From the NCBI RefSeq assembly GCF_036321535.1, contig NC_087436.1, positions 17,298,001 through 17,362,000 of the forward strand: a DNA stretch of 64,000 nt. Reading direction: 5' to 3'. The translations under genes and the position numbers were made by a program. Each line of letters begins with the position of its first letter. Position 1 is the stretch's first letter. This stretch comes from Camelus dromedarius. Taxonomy: Eukaryota. Positions 13,266-25,612 of the stretch are shown here, piece after piece. The notes beneath the pieces are model-generated. The model did not search any database. It had not been told where the DNA came from and worked only from the letters and a program-made list of their open reading frames with translations.

Positions 13266-14304
13266 AATATTCTCTTTATCTCTTAGTCCTGTGTCTTTCT
13301 CTTCTTTACCAGGATAACCCTCTGGGCTGTAATTGTTCAAAATTTTATTGTCCTTCAAAGGGGAAATTTACAACATCTTAATTTCTCATCTCATTTTAGA
13401 TTTTAATCAAAACAGGTAGATCCACAATGTTGGGACGATAATTCTCTAACTCTTCTCAGAATATAATTTATTTCAGTTGCTGGCAATCTTTGTAAATCTC
13501 AATTATATATACCATTCTCAGTGAATACATCTTCTTTCTGTTGGACTCCTATGAGAAAAGTATGTTAATTTCAGACTGCAAATAAGTAGAGGTATTTATA
13601 GAATCTGGATGTTTGGATATGTTTTAAGAATATTTAATAAAAATTTCAATATAGTAGATGGTGAAAGGTTAAAAGAAGTGGTACTTGCTTTATCTTAGAG
13701 ATGACAGGGCTGAGAGATAAATTAATAATTTATTAATTAATCTTCAAGTTTATGGTTGATACTAAATGAAGGAAGGGGACTAATTATCTCTCTGGCTTCA
13801 ACTGTGGATAGTGCCAAAAATTTGAAGAGTAAAAATTGAATAAATGATCTAGATTTTTCTAACAGTATAAATGTTTGTTACAGACATCACCCACACATCC
13901 ACACACACCCACACACATACATACATCTCAATAATTCAATCTGTTATTCTTTACCTGAATATTTTCTCATACATAGCTATCACTATTGCCTTTCAGATAC
14001 CATTTCCTTAAACCACCCCACTTTTTATCTCTAGGGGATGCAAGAAGACAAAAATGTAAAAATTTTTAAAGGTCTTTCCCCCATTTCTTCCTTAACTTTA
14101 TAATATATGAAGCAAATATTATTATCTCCACTTCACATATGAAGAAATGGAGCATGAATGGCATGCAAGAAATCACATAAGCTACAGAACAATCACATAG
14201 GAGAGTTAGGGCTCAAACTCAACACATGAGTACGTGCCTAATGCCCCTTTGTCTATATCACATGCCTTTCAAACAGAAATAATCAATTCCTGACTGAGCA
14301 CCAA

Positions 14305-14500
14305 TGATTGGGTCAGCAATAAATGGGGAAGAAAAGACAAATCCCCCATGTAGGAGAATTCCAAATAATTCGTACAGCTATACTGCCTCTAATGAGGGGA
14401 CTCCACACTGCCTAGTGTGCACAGTGACTTCCTCCAAAGAGTACAGTGTGAAAAAGGGGGAAAAGAGTAACTTCACAGTGGAGAAGGCTGGCAAGCAGGG
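14305..14500 (+). mobile_element. L1MC/MD-type 3'UTR fragment
   Basis: Motif ACAGTGACTTCCTCCAAAGAGTACAG...AGTAACTTCACAGTGGAGAA is typical of old L1 3' ends. Confidence 0.55.
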
Positions 14501-14742
14501 TAGTAAATTTTATTCATTCAGTCACTAGATAACATTTACAGATTCCTTCGAATGACTCTGCAATTCCAAGACCTACAGTTTGGACACTCCTAGTTCATAG
14601 AGGAAATAATGGCACCATTATGAGAGGACATCAAAGATCATGTGAACAACAAGGACTACTCTTGCTTCCAGCTGTGACTGAATAACTGGTACCAGACTTG
14701 ACTTCTCACCACAAGCAACTGTGAAACTGGAAGGGCTATATG

Positions 14743-14775
<33 letters not shown>

Positions 14776-15387
14776 GGATTGGATAATAAGCAGCCCAGGA
14801 CTGTAATCCTTTAGAAAAGCAAACTATAGGAATCAAGCCCCACATTTGTCTTGGCTTTTTGCCTTAGGACAGTTTTTGGAGGGGATGTCCAAGGTAAGGA
14901 GGGTGAGGCAAAGGTCAGAGTACAGAGCTACTGAAGTATCTGAAGTGTGAGCAGCACGGTACCAGGATGTAGGAGACCATGCAGAAGGTGTTCCAAATCC
15001 ACCTGGGGCTTCTCTGTGCATCTTTGGCCCAAGGCTTGGCTGTGCATGTGCAAGTCCAGACAACTTTAGACCTAGTAGAGAGTAGTTGCTATGTGGCTGA
15101 GAACTGAGCAAGACAGCTGAGGTATAATAAATAGGACAGATAACAGAGGTCATGAAAGTCTAGGAGACACTGGACCCTGCAGCCCAGTCAGAGTGGAGAA
15201 ACCACACTAAGCTCCTTGGTCATTCATTTTAGATCCCCAAAAGACCAAGTCTTAAGAGTAAAAAACACAGCTTTGAAAAGATACCACACCCTAGTACTAA
15301 GAACAAAACCTAAAGAATCCCATCCTAACAAATAATAAAGCCAAGTCTGAGGGACTCTAAATAATCCAGTAATTATTTTTAGAACTA

Positions 15388-15625
15388 TTTTTTTCCAATT
15401 TAATTGAGATATAATTGACATAGAACATTGTATTAGCTTACAGTGTACAATATAATGATTTTATAGATGTATATATTGCAAAATGATTACTATAACAAAT
15501 TTAGTTAACATCCATCACCTCACATATTACACATTTCTTTCTTATAAAGAGAACTTTCAAGATCTACTCTCTTAGCAACTTTCAAATATATGATATAATA
15601 TTGTTAATTATAGTTACAGTTACAT
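15388..15625 (-). mobile_element. L1MA-type 3' terminal fragment nested in the older L1
   Basis: TTTAATTGAGATATAATTGACA...CTCTTAGCAACTTTCAAATAT matches an antisense L1MA 3' end. Confidence 0.7.
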
Positions 15626-15754
15626 ATACATATACTGCTATATTTAAATGCCTGCCAGAACAAAATTCGACATTCTTTAAGGTGGCAGCATAATCCATAC
15701 TCTTTCCAATGCATCTTTCAAAATATCTAGGATAAAATTTTAAAATTACTACAT

Positions 15755-16335
15755 ATTCTCTGTTTCTATGAATTCAAGTATTTTAGATACCTCATACAAG
15801 TGGAATGATGCAATATTTGTCCTTCTGTGACTGGCTTATTTCATTGAGCCTACTGTCCTCTAGATTCATCCATTTTGTCACAAATGCCAGGATTTCCTTC
15901 TTTTTCAAGGCTGAATACTATTCTACTGTATGTATATAACACATTTTGTTTATACATTCATCTGTCAGTGGACATTTGTGTTGGGGTGTGGGGAGAGGGA
16001 AAATGAGGAATTGTTATTCAATGGATATAAAGTTTTAGTTATGCAAGATGAATAAATTTTAACAATATGCTGTACCAATAGTTAAAAAAGCAGTATTTCG
16101 CTTCAAAATACATTAAGAGGATAGATATCATGTTATTACCACAAACACAGACATACACACACATACAACACAAAAACACAAGGAAATTTTTGTAGGTGAT
16201 GAATATATTTAGTACCTTGATTGTGGTGGTGGTATCATGGGTGTATGCCTATGTCTAAATTCATCAAAATGTATACATTAAATGTGTGTAACTTTTTATA
16301 TTGTCCATTATAAGGACAAATCTTTAAAACAAAAA
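15755..16335 (+). mobile_element. 5'-inverted L1MA-type insertion
   Basis: 15755-15983 is antisense L1 (ORF2 end/3'UTR start). 15984-16335 is the immediately following 3'UTR in sense orientation and ends in an A-rich tail. Confidence 0.7.
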
Positions 16336-16946
16336 AATCCTATGTAGCTGGAAAAGGAGAAAAATGAGACTCACAATCAGAAAAAGTAGTCAATGTAAAC
16401 AGACTACAAAATGGCCCAGAAATTAGCAGATAAGAACTTTAATAAAGATGTGTAAGGACTTAAAGAAAAATGATGAACATGAGTGAACAGATATGCAATT
16501 TTAGCAGAGAAATGGAACACATTTTTTAAAAAGCCAAAAGGAAATTCTACAATATTAAAGTACAATATCTGAAATGAAAATTCAGATTAGAAATGGCAGA
16601 AGAAATAGTAGTAAACTTGAAGGAAGATTAATAAAGATAATCAAATTTGAAAAACAGAGAGGAAAAAGACTGAAAAAAGTCAAGAAAAAAAAGAACCTTA
16701 AGGATCTGTGAGAAGTCAAGCAGTCTAGTGTACACTCAGTTGGAGTCTCCAAGGAGAGGAGAGAGAATTTGTTGGGAAGTTTTTTAAAAAGAAATAATGG
16801 GTGAAACTTTCCCAAATTTTATGAAAAATATAAATTTATAGTTCAAAAAGTCTGGTGAACCTCAAACAAGAAAATACTAAGAAAACTACATTTAAGTATA
16901 TCACAGTCAACTCCTGAAAACTGACAATAAAGAGAAATATCTTGAA

Positions 16947-17585
16947 ATATCTTTCTATTGCTATGTAACAAATCACCACAAACATAGAGGTTTAAAACAA
17001 TACTCATCTATTATCTCACAGTTCTTTGGGTCAGAAGTCCAGGTAGGCTCAACTGGGTTCTCTACTCAGGCTCTCAAAAATTTGACATCAAGGTGTTGGC
17101 TGGACTGAGCTCTTCTCTGGAGCTTCAGGGAAGAATCGCTCCAAGTTCACTCGGGTCTTTGACAGAATGCGGGTCTTTGCGGTCATAGGTCTGAGGTTCT
17201 TGTATCCTTTTGAGCTGTCAGGCAGAGGCTGCTGTCTTCTCCTAGAAGTCACCTACATTTCTTCTCACATGGTCATTTCTATTTCCAGTGCCAGCAATGG
17301 CACATCAACTCCTTCTCACATTGAATCTCTCTTCCTCTTCCACTCCCAGCTGGAAAAACTCTCTGCTTTAAAGGGCTCACATATTTAACCTAGACCCACT
17401 CAGGTAATCCCTTTGTGATTAACTTGAAGTTAACTCATCAGTAACCTTAATTACATCTGCAAAATCCCTTTTGCCGTATAATGTAACATAATCAGGGCAC
17501 AATGTTACATCATATTCACAGTTCCCAAGAATTAGGATAGCAAGTCTTGGGAGGCAGGGTATCCTTCATGATTCTACTTACCACA
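16947..17585 (-). mobile_element. MaLR solo LTR (MLT1 family)
   Basis: TTCTATTGCTATGTAACAAATCACCACAAA...TTTAAAACAA...CTCACAGTTCT...ATTCTACTTACCACA. It interrupts L1 ORF1. Confidence 0.8.
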
Positions 17586-17962
17586 GGAGCCAGAGAAAAA
17601 GAAACATTACATAAAGGTGAACAATTATGATTTCTTATCAGAACAGTAGACAATAAAATGACGCTTTAAAGACAGAAAGGAGTCAGAGAAAAATAAAAGA
17701 AGAAACCATGATTTCCTTATCCAGCAATATATCCTTTGAAAATGAGGTAAAACAGAAAACATTTTCAGATAAATAGAGGCAGAGAGAACTCATGAGATCT
17801 GCACTACAAGATATATTAAAGGAAGCTATTCAGGCTGAAGGAAATAATACCAGCTTAAATTCACATTTGCAGGAAGGAAAAACAAGCATTGAAAATCATA
17901 AATATAAAAACCTATCTATTTTTCTTGCATTAATTTTTTTTAAGACAGCTGACTTTTTAGAG

Positions 17963-18203
17963 TAGAAGCAGGCAAATTTCATGGCTCATGGGCTAAATCG
18001 AGCTCACAGCTTGTTTTTGTATGTTCTGATAGCTAAGAATGTTCCTTTATATTTTTAAGGATTATAAAAACCAAGCGTGAAACAACAACAATAACAACAA
18101 AGACAAGAAAGAAAGCAAATAATATGTGACAGAGACTACATGTGGCCCTCAAACCTAAAATATTTACTATTTGTCCTTAAGGAAAAAATTTTCTTACCTC
18201 CTT
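17963..18203. mobile_element. MER58-like hAT-Charlie MITE
   Basis: GGCAAAT..GGGCTAAATC..CTTGTTTTTGT ... AAAATATTTACTAT..AAAAATTT..ACCTCCT. Approximate 8-bp TSD TTTTAGAG/TTTTAGGG. Confidence 0.7.
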
Positions 18204-18722
18204 TTTAGGGTAAAAGATAAATAACACTGTATTATGGGATTTATAACAAATGTAATAGTTACATAAATGATAGCAGTAATTTGAAAGATGGGAAGATGTA
18301 AATTGAATTATATTTTGAGAAATTTATATATCTTAAGTGAATATTAGAATCACAATGTTAACTCTAGGGAAACTGTAACAAGAATTCATATCTATAGCAA
18401 ACACTAAAAAATACAAAGTGGTATAGCTAGAAAGCCAAAGAGGACTCAAAATGGAACACCAAATAATTTTTGACAATCAAAACATAAGTTTCAGTATAGA
18501 AGGAGAACAGAAAAAAACTAGACTGGAAAAATAGAAAACAAAGAGGAATCTAATAGAACTAAATCTAGCCAAATGATAATTTCATTAAATATAAATGGAC
18601 TAAACACTTCAATTAAAAAGCAAAGATTGTCATACTGAAAAAATTAAGATCCAATTATATGCTATATACAAGCAACATGCTTTAAATATAGAGAAATAAA
18701 TAGTTTGAAAGTTAAAATTTCA

Positions 18723-19095
18723 TGCTATGAACTGAATTGTGCCCCGCCCCTCTCTAAATTCATATGTTGAAGTCCTAATCCATCATGTGACCATAGGAGA
18801 AAAAAATTTTAAAGACGTGATTAAGGTCAAAAAGGGCAAAGCCTTGATCAATATGACTGGTGTCCTTATAAGGAAATGAGGGATATCAGATATTCTCTCT
18901 CTGTGTGTCTCTGTCACAGGAGGACTGAGCAAGAAAGTGGCATTTACAAACCAAGAAGAGAGGTGCCATCAGAAATTGACTTTGTTGGATCTTAATCTTG
19001 GACTTTGAGCTTTCAAAACTCTGAGAAAATAACTTTCTGTTGTTTAGTCCCCAGGCTTTGGCATTTTGTTATGGAAGCTTAAGCAGACTAAGGTA
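18723..19095 (+). mobile_element. MaLR solo LTR (MLT1A-like)
   Basis: TGCTATGAACTGAATTGTGCCCC...AATTCATATGTTGAAGTCCTAA...TTTCTGTTGTTTAGTC...TTTGTTATGG...GACTAAG. It interrupts the L1 endonuclease region. Confidence 0.85.
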
Positions 19096-22000
19096 ACTGG
19101 GAAAAGATACACAATGCAAACAGTAAGAATAAGGAAGATGGTGTGTGAGGATTAATAACAAGCATCAAGACAAAGACTGTTACCAGAAATAGTCGCATTT
19201 CAAACAATAAAAAGGTCACCTCTTTAGGAAGACATAAAATCATAAATGTGTTTACACTAAATACAAGATCTTCAAAATACATGAATAAAACTGAAGGGAG
19301 AAATAAATAAATACACAGTTGTCACCATCAGTAACTTTATCACCCTCCTCTTAACAACTGATGGAACAGGTAGGTAAAAATCAGCCAGAATATAAAAGAA
19401 TTGAACAACACTATGAACCACCTTGACTTAATTAACATTCATAGTAGACACCCTACTCAACAACAAAAGAATACACATTATTTTTAAGTGAGCATGAAAA
19501 ATTCACCAAGATAGGCCATATCCTGGCCCATAAAACTAGCCTTAATTAATTAAAATTATTAAAATCATAAAGAATATGTTCTCTGACATGAGTGAAATTA
19601 AATTACACATCAGTAACATGAATATATCTAGAAAGCCCCAACTATTTGGAAATCAACCATACACTTCTAAATAATTTAAGATAAAAATAAAGTATAACAA
19701 ATTAGAGGACTTGAATAGAATAATAATTAAAATGCAACATATCAAATTTGTGAGATGCAGCTCCAGCAGTGCTTCAAAAGAAATCTATAACTTTGAATGT
19801 CTACATTACCAAAGAACAGTATAAACTTATTTAAATTTCCATCTAAAAAAGCTAGCAAAAGAATGAAATAGTAAACATAAGAGAAGTCAATGAAAGAGAA
19901 AATATAAAGTATTAATATCCTTTTTAGAAGAGGGGCTATGAATCCCATAGACATTAAAATATAATAAAAATGATGAATAACATTTTGCTAATAAACTATA
20001 CAACTTATATAAAATAGAAATTTTCTTGAAAAAAGAAAATTACCAAAGCTAAAGAAACTGAAAATGTAATAAAAAAATCTTCCTTCCTCCACCCCAAAAA
20101 ATCCAGACACAAATGGTTTGATTAGTAAATTTTATCAAATCTTTTAGCAAAAAATAATACCACTCTTTTACAAATTCTTTCAGACAAACAGAGATTACTT
20201 CCCAATTAGTTTTATAGTGCCAGTGTAACTGTGATATCAAAACCTAACACAAACATTACAAGAAAAGAAAATTATAGGTCACTAGCTCTTAAAAATATTG
20301 ATAAATAAATTATCAAATTTATTCCAGCAATATATAAAAAGGATAATACATCATAATTAAGCAAGGTCATTTCCAGAAACCAAGATTGGTTTAACATTAG
20401 AAAACTAATCAGTGTGATTTTCCATATTTACCAAATAGAAGGAAAAATATTATCATCTCAAATAGGTGCAGAAAAATATTTGACAAAATTCAACATTTAT
20501 TTTTTATTAAAAAACATGCCAGCCAAAATCTCAGTAGGTTCTTTTTTTCAGTTAAAGGGAATTGACAGGCCAATTCTAACATGTACATGGAAATGTAGAT
20601 GCTAGAATAGCAAAGACAGATTTGGAAAAGAAGAGAAAAGCTGAAGGATTTATACTTCCTGATTTCAAGACTTATTCTAAAACTGTAGCAATCAAGACAG
20701 TATAGTATCGACATATAGGTAGGCCAATAGATCAGTGAACTGAAAAGAAAGTTCAAAAATAGACCCGTGCTTATTCAGTAAGTTTCTTCTCTATCAAGGT
20801 ACCAATGGGGATAAAAAATCTTTTTAATAAATAGTGCTCTAAAAATGAAGATAGCATATGAAAAGCAATGAAATGCAAATCCTACTCCATCATAACTGAA
20901 AATTAATTCAAGAAGGATCAAAGATCTAAATATAAAATCTAAATCTACAAATATTTAGAAGATAAAACATAAGCAAATGTCTTTGCAGCACTGGGGTAGG
21001 CAAATATTTCTTAGGGAGCAGGAAGAAACCAATAACCATAAAAGAGAAAACTAATAAATTAGACCTTTAAAATGTTAATCTTCTGCTCATCAAAAGACAC
21101 CATTAAGACAATAAATAGACAAGCCAACAACTAGGACTGTGTATACAGAACTGAGAAAGTTTTATCAAGAATATACAAAGAATTTTTACCACTGGAAAAT
21201 AAAAACAAAAATAATAGAATTTTTAAAATGGGCAAAAGACTTAAGACACTTTACAAAAGAAGATATACAAATGGTAGAAAATGTAAACAAAAAGTTTCTT
21301 GGCATTATTAGGGAAATGTAAATGAAGATCACACCTGCTAGAATCACATTCTGTGCACTTGCTCCAAAAAAGGTAGAATTAAAGAAAAAATACAGCGAAT
21401 TATTAGTGAGAATGTGGAGAAATCAGACTTTGCATACACTACTATTAGGAATATTAAATGGTAGTTTTTTTAAAACTCAGCCCATGATCTAGCAATTATA
21501 TTCTTACATATTTACCCACGAGAATTTAAAACAAAGGTCCAGAAGAGACTTCTCCATGAATGTTTATAACAACTTTATTTATAATAGCCCCAAACTGGAA
21601 ACAACCCAAAAGATCCATCAACAGGAGAATGGATAAACAGATTATGGCATATTCGTACAGTGGAATACTTCTCAACCATAAGAAAGGAATAAACCACTGA
21701 TATACACAATAACATTGATGAATCTCAAAATTGTCATAACTAAAAGAAGCCAGACACCAAATAGTAGATGTTGTTTGATTAAATTTATATAAAGTTCAAG
21801 AATGTGGAGATAGAAATCAAAACAGTGGTCACTTACGAAGTGTGTGGATTTCTTGGATAAAAGTAGAAGAAACATTTCGGGGTGATGCAAATATTTTATA
21901 TTATGACTAGAGTGTTTAATTTGTTGGAGTTTATTGAATTGTATAATTGGACGCATATATTCCTCTGTATGCAAATTTTACCTAATTTTTTTTAAAACTG

Positions 22001-24111
22001 ACAATGTAGAAGTTGAATTAAAAACTATCTTCCAGGGCCTCAGTATATTTAGACACATGGGTACACGTGAGCAAATTAACAAGCAGTAAATCTAAAAAGA
22101 GTAGGCAGAAAAGTTAGGCAGTGTCATGCCAATACCACCCAAGCTGTTTACAGCCTGTCTGCAAGAGGTTTCTCACAAGTGGAAAAACAGACAGCCTCGT
22201 ATTTGCGCTGCCAACTTTGATTGCAGAGGACAGTATGGGGGCTGGACCACTGCCGTCATTACTATCCATCAGGAGCAAACCACTTCAAGGATCTCTAGCA
22301 GGTAACCTTTGAATACAAAACAAATATTGCCGAGAAACTTTGACAGCTCTAGACCCGTAAGAGGCTATATAAAGAATCATTCAATGGGAAAGCTGTTGAT
22401 GAGTTTCAAAGATGGTTCAGGGTATCTGGTGAGAACAGAGTGTGAGTCCAGACGGAAGAAGTAAATCAAAGTACATGACCAGATTGAGGTTTTTAAGCTC
22501 TGAGCCATGAAGATGGCCTGAATCTTGCCTTTCTTAGGAGAAATGTGATGTCACCACAAAGGCCTCTGAGGGAAGTTAAAGACACACACCAAACTCTGCA
22601 GAAAAGAATTAAGCAAGAGAAAAATATTTGATGGTTATTTTTGACTTTACCAGTGATACTGACATCTATTGTCACTTCAAAACTAAATGAAGGAAATAAG
22701 GAACTTGTTTGTGGGTGACTTCTATGCCCAAAGCAGGATTGTTTCGAGACTGAATTTGATGAGTGCTGTGGCTAGGAGAGGAAAAGGATTCAAAATATCA
22801 AGAGAGGGTGGAATGACGCAATCAAAGTACTTACTAGGCTAAAAAAGTGGGTAAAACAGAAGATGGTGACAAAAAAGTTTGGACAGGCTTTAGTGACGTT
22901 ATCAGTTATCCACTGGTAATGGGAGCGGTTGCTGACACGTGCTGGACAAGTGTGTGTCATCTCTGGCTCTTGGATTCTCAGTGCCATGAACATGCTGAAC
23001 CTCTTGTTGACCATTTTGTAAAAAGGCAGCTCACTAGTTTAACAGAAGCTGTATTTCAACAAAAAGAAAAAAACATCATGTCTCTTTTCTTTGCAAAAGA
23101 AAACAAATCACTATATTTGAAGATGTAAGCAGCACCGACAGGGTCCAATTAACACCTCCCTCTTCATTTTAAAAAAACCGAAGGGAGTAAGCTAGACATA
23201 AAAACTGCTTTTGTAGTTTCATGTACTTTTATTGCTTTGTAATATAGAAAAATCACATTCTCTACTCTTTTTTTAAATGTAAGCTCGGGAGCCACTACGT
23301 GAAGAAAGACAGCTATGCCTGATTAAAATCGAAAAGCAACTGAGCCACAAATGCATTGTCAACACAGTCTTCATTTTGATATCTTTGAGTGTTACTGTAG
23401 TTAAAAAAGGGCATATGAACTTCAGGCTAGGAGAATGAGAGAAATCTAGCAGCCAGGATCACTTGCTGATGGAGAATGGAATATTTTATGGAGTACAGGT
23501 GAATGCTTTTTGTTAGGGGCAGTGATTGAGAGATGGCCCTCAGGGACCTTGGTAACAAGCCCCTGCCTTCCCTTTACCTGAGAGCTTGTGGTCAGAAAAA
23601 GCTAGAGTGTCACTGTATGACTGTGACAACTGGATGTTCCCAGCCAGCCCACCGACTAGGAGGCTTCCAGGAAAAAGACCTATAAGGTTTGTCTCCTAGT
23701 TTTCTCCACTCCCAGGGAGGATGAATGCAGCTCTGAATCGCTCAAGATTAAGGATATTTTTAACAGAGGCTGTATTGTTGGACAGAATCTTTCATTACAT
23801 GAAGATAGGAACTCAAAGCGTAACAGCAGGGAGCTGGGAAGAAGGGTGATCTTTCTTTCCTTTTCTTTCTCTTTGAACTCCTTCTCCCATGCTTCAAGAG
23901 AGGGAAGGCAAGACCCCAGATCTGTTCCCTCCTGGACATCACTCCCACCACTGCATTTCAGGGTCATCCATGTCCTAATGCTTTCTGAAGCCCTCACAGG
24001 AACAGCTCTTGGAATCTGGATTCTCTCTCTCTCTAGAAGGATTCTGTTTCTTTGCCACCACCCCAAAAGGCATTTCTCCTACACCATTCCCCCAAACATT
24101 GGTGATGATGA

Positions 24112-24144
24112 TAATAAAATAATAATAATAATAATAATAATAAT
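24112..24144. repeat. (AAT)n microsatellite
   Basis: Directly visible. Confidence 0.9.
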
Positions 24145-24349
24145 TATAAAGGCCTTAGGCAAGAAATTGAGCTAGTTGAGAACTAGACATTGAGAAGAAA
24201 CTTCTTGACCTGCTCTTCCTTCTGCCTCTTATCTAGTCTTCTGTGTGTATCTAGATGAGCTTACTATCAAATTGCATTGAGATTTCAGGCTCAAGCCTCA
24301 GTAACTAAAAATCAGTTCCTTGGCCAAGGGTGATCTCCAGTCTAGACTT

Positions 24350-24625
24350 CTTCTCTTAACTCCAAAACTGTAAGACCATCTCACCCTTGATATCTCCATT
24401 TGGCTGTCTCACAGGTGCTTCAAACTTAATATGTCCAAAATAAAGCTCTCATTCTCCCCACCCAACCTATTTCTATCTCACTCCCCTCCATTTTAGTGAA
24501 GGACCTCACATTGTTAAAGTCAAGTTTTGGAGTTATACTTGATCTCTTCTACTTCTTTTCTTACCCCAGATTTAATCCCTCAACAAGACCTGCCGATACT
24601 ACCTACAAACTATGTCTTGAATTCT
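24350..24625 (+). mobile_element. L2 fragment
   Basis: ATCTCCATTTGGCTGTCTCACAGGTGCTTCAAACTTAATATGTCCAAAA resembles the L2 consensus. Confidence 0.6.
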
Positions 24626-24671
24626 CTACTTCAAGATCAGTCCAGCCATGTATTATATCTTGTTGTGTCTT

Positions 24672-25517
24672 TTTTTATTTTTTTTTTAAGATTTTTTATT
24701 GATTTATAATCATTTTACAATGTTGTGTCAAATTCCAGTGTTCAGCACAATTTTTCAGTCATTCATGGACACATGCACACTCATTGTCACATTTTTTTCT
24801 CTGTGAGTTATCATAACATTTTGTGTATATTTCCCTGTGCTATACAGTGTAATCTTGTTTATCTATTCTACAATTTTGAAATCCCAGTCTATCCCTTCCC
24901 ACCCCCAGCAACCACAAGTCTGTATTCTCTGTCTATGAGTCTATTTCTGTCCTGTATTTATGCTTTGTTTTTGTTTGTTTGTTTGTTTTTTAGATTCCAC
25001 ATATGAGCGATCTCATATGATATTTTTCTTTCTCTTTCTGGCTTACTTCGCTTAGAATGACATTCTCCAGGAGCATCCATGTTGCTGCAAATGGCGTTAT
25101 GTTGTCGGTTTTTATGGCTGAGTAGTATTCCATTGTATAAATATACCACTTCTTCTTTATCCAGTCACCTATTGATGGACATTTAGGCTGTTTCCCTGTT
25201 TTGGCTATTGTAGATAGTGCTGCTATGAACATTGGGGTGCAGGGGTTATCCTGAAGTAGGGTTCCTTCTGGATACAAGCCCAGGAGTGGGATTCCCGGGT
25301 CATATGGTAAGTCTATTCCTAGTCTTTTGAGGAATCTCCACACTGTTTTCCATAGTGGCTGCACCAAACTGCATTCCCACCAGCAGTGTAGGAGGGTTCC
25401 CCTTTCTCCACAGCCTCTCCAGCATTTGTCATTTGTGGATTTTTGAATGACAGCCATTCTGACTGGTGTGAGGTGATACCTCATTGTAGTTTTGATTTGC
25501 ATTTCTCTGATAATTAG
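24672..25517 (-). mobile_element. young 5'-truncated L1 (ORF2 C-terminus plus 3'UTR)
   Basis: Uninterrupted ORF 24990-25502 ([17 protein letters not shown]...[19 protein letters not shown], the L1 ORF2 CCHC domain). Poly-T tail. Perfect 16-bp TSD TATCTTGTTGTGTCTT at 24656-24671 and 25518-25533. Confidence 0.97.
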
Positions 25518-25533
25518 TATCTTGTTGTGTCTT

Positions 25534-25612
25534 GACTATGAGATAATAAGTATTTGCTGTTGTAAGCCACTACATTTTGTAGTAATTTGTTACACAGTGA
25601 TAACAAATACAG
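25534..25612 (+). mobile_element. MLT1 LTR 3' end
   Basis: TGAGATAATAAGTATTTGCTGTTGTAAGCCACT...TAATTTGTTACACAG...AATACA. Confidence 0.6.

Larger units (their letters stand above)
14660..21995 (+). mobile_element. old L1 (L1MC/MD-like) spanning 5'UTR-ORF1-ORF2-3'UTR, interrupted by at least five nested insertions
   Basis: ORF1-like sequence at 16400-16945 resumes at 17586. Endonuclease start AATGGACTAAACACTTCAATTAAAAAG at ~18590. ORF2 remnants (KWAKDLRHFTKEDIQM, ORF 21139-21321). 3' end at ~21990. Confidence 0.85.

Noticed and set aside
24990..25502. 170-aa ORF as a host gene
   Set aside because: It is the C-terminus of L1 ORF2p in a 5'-truncated insertion.
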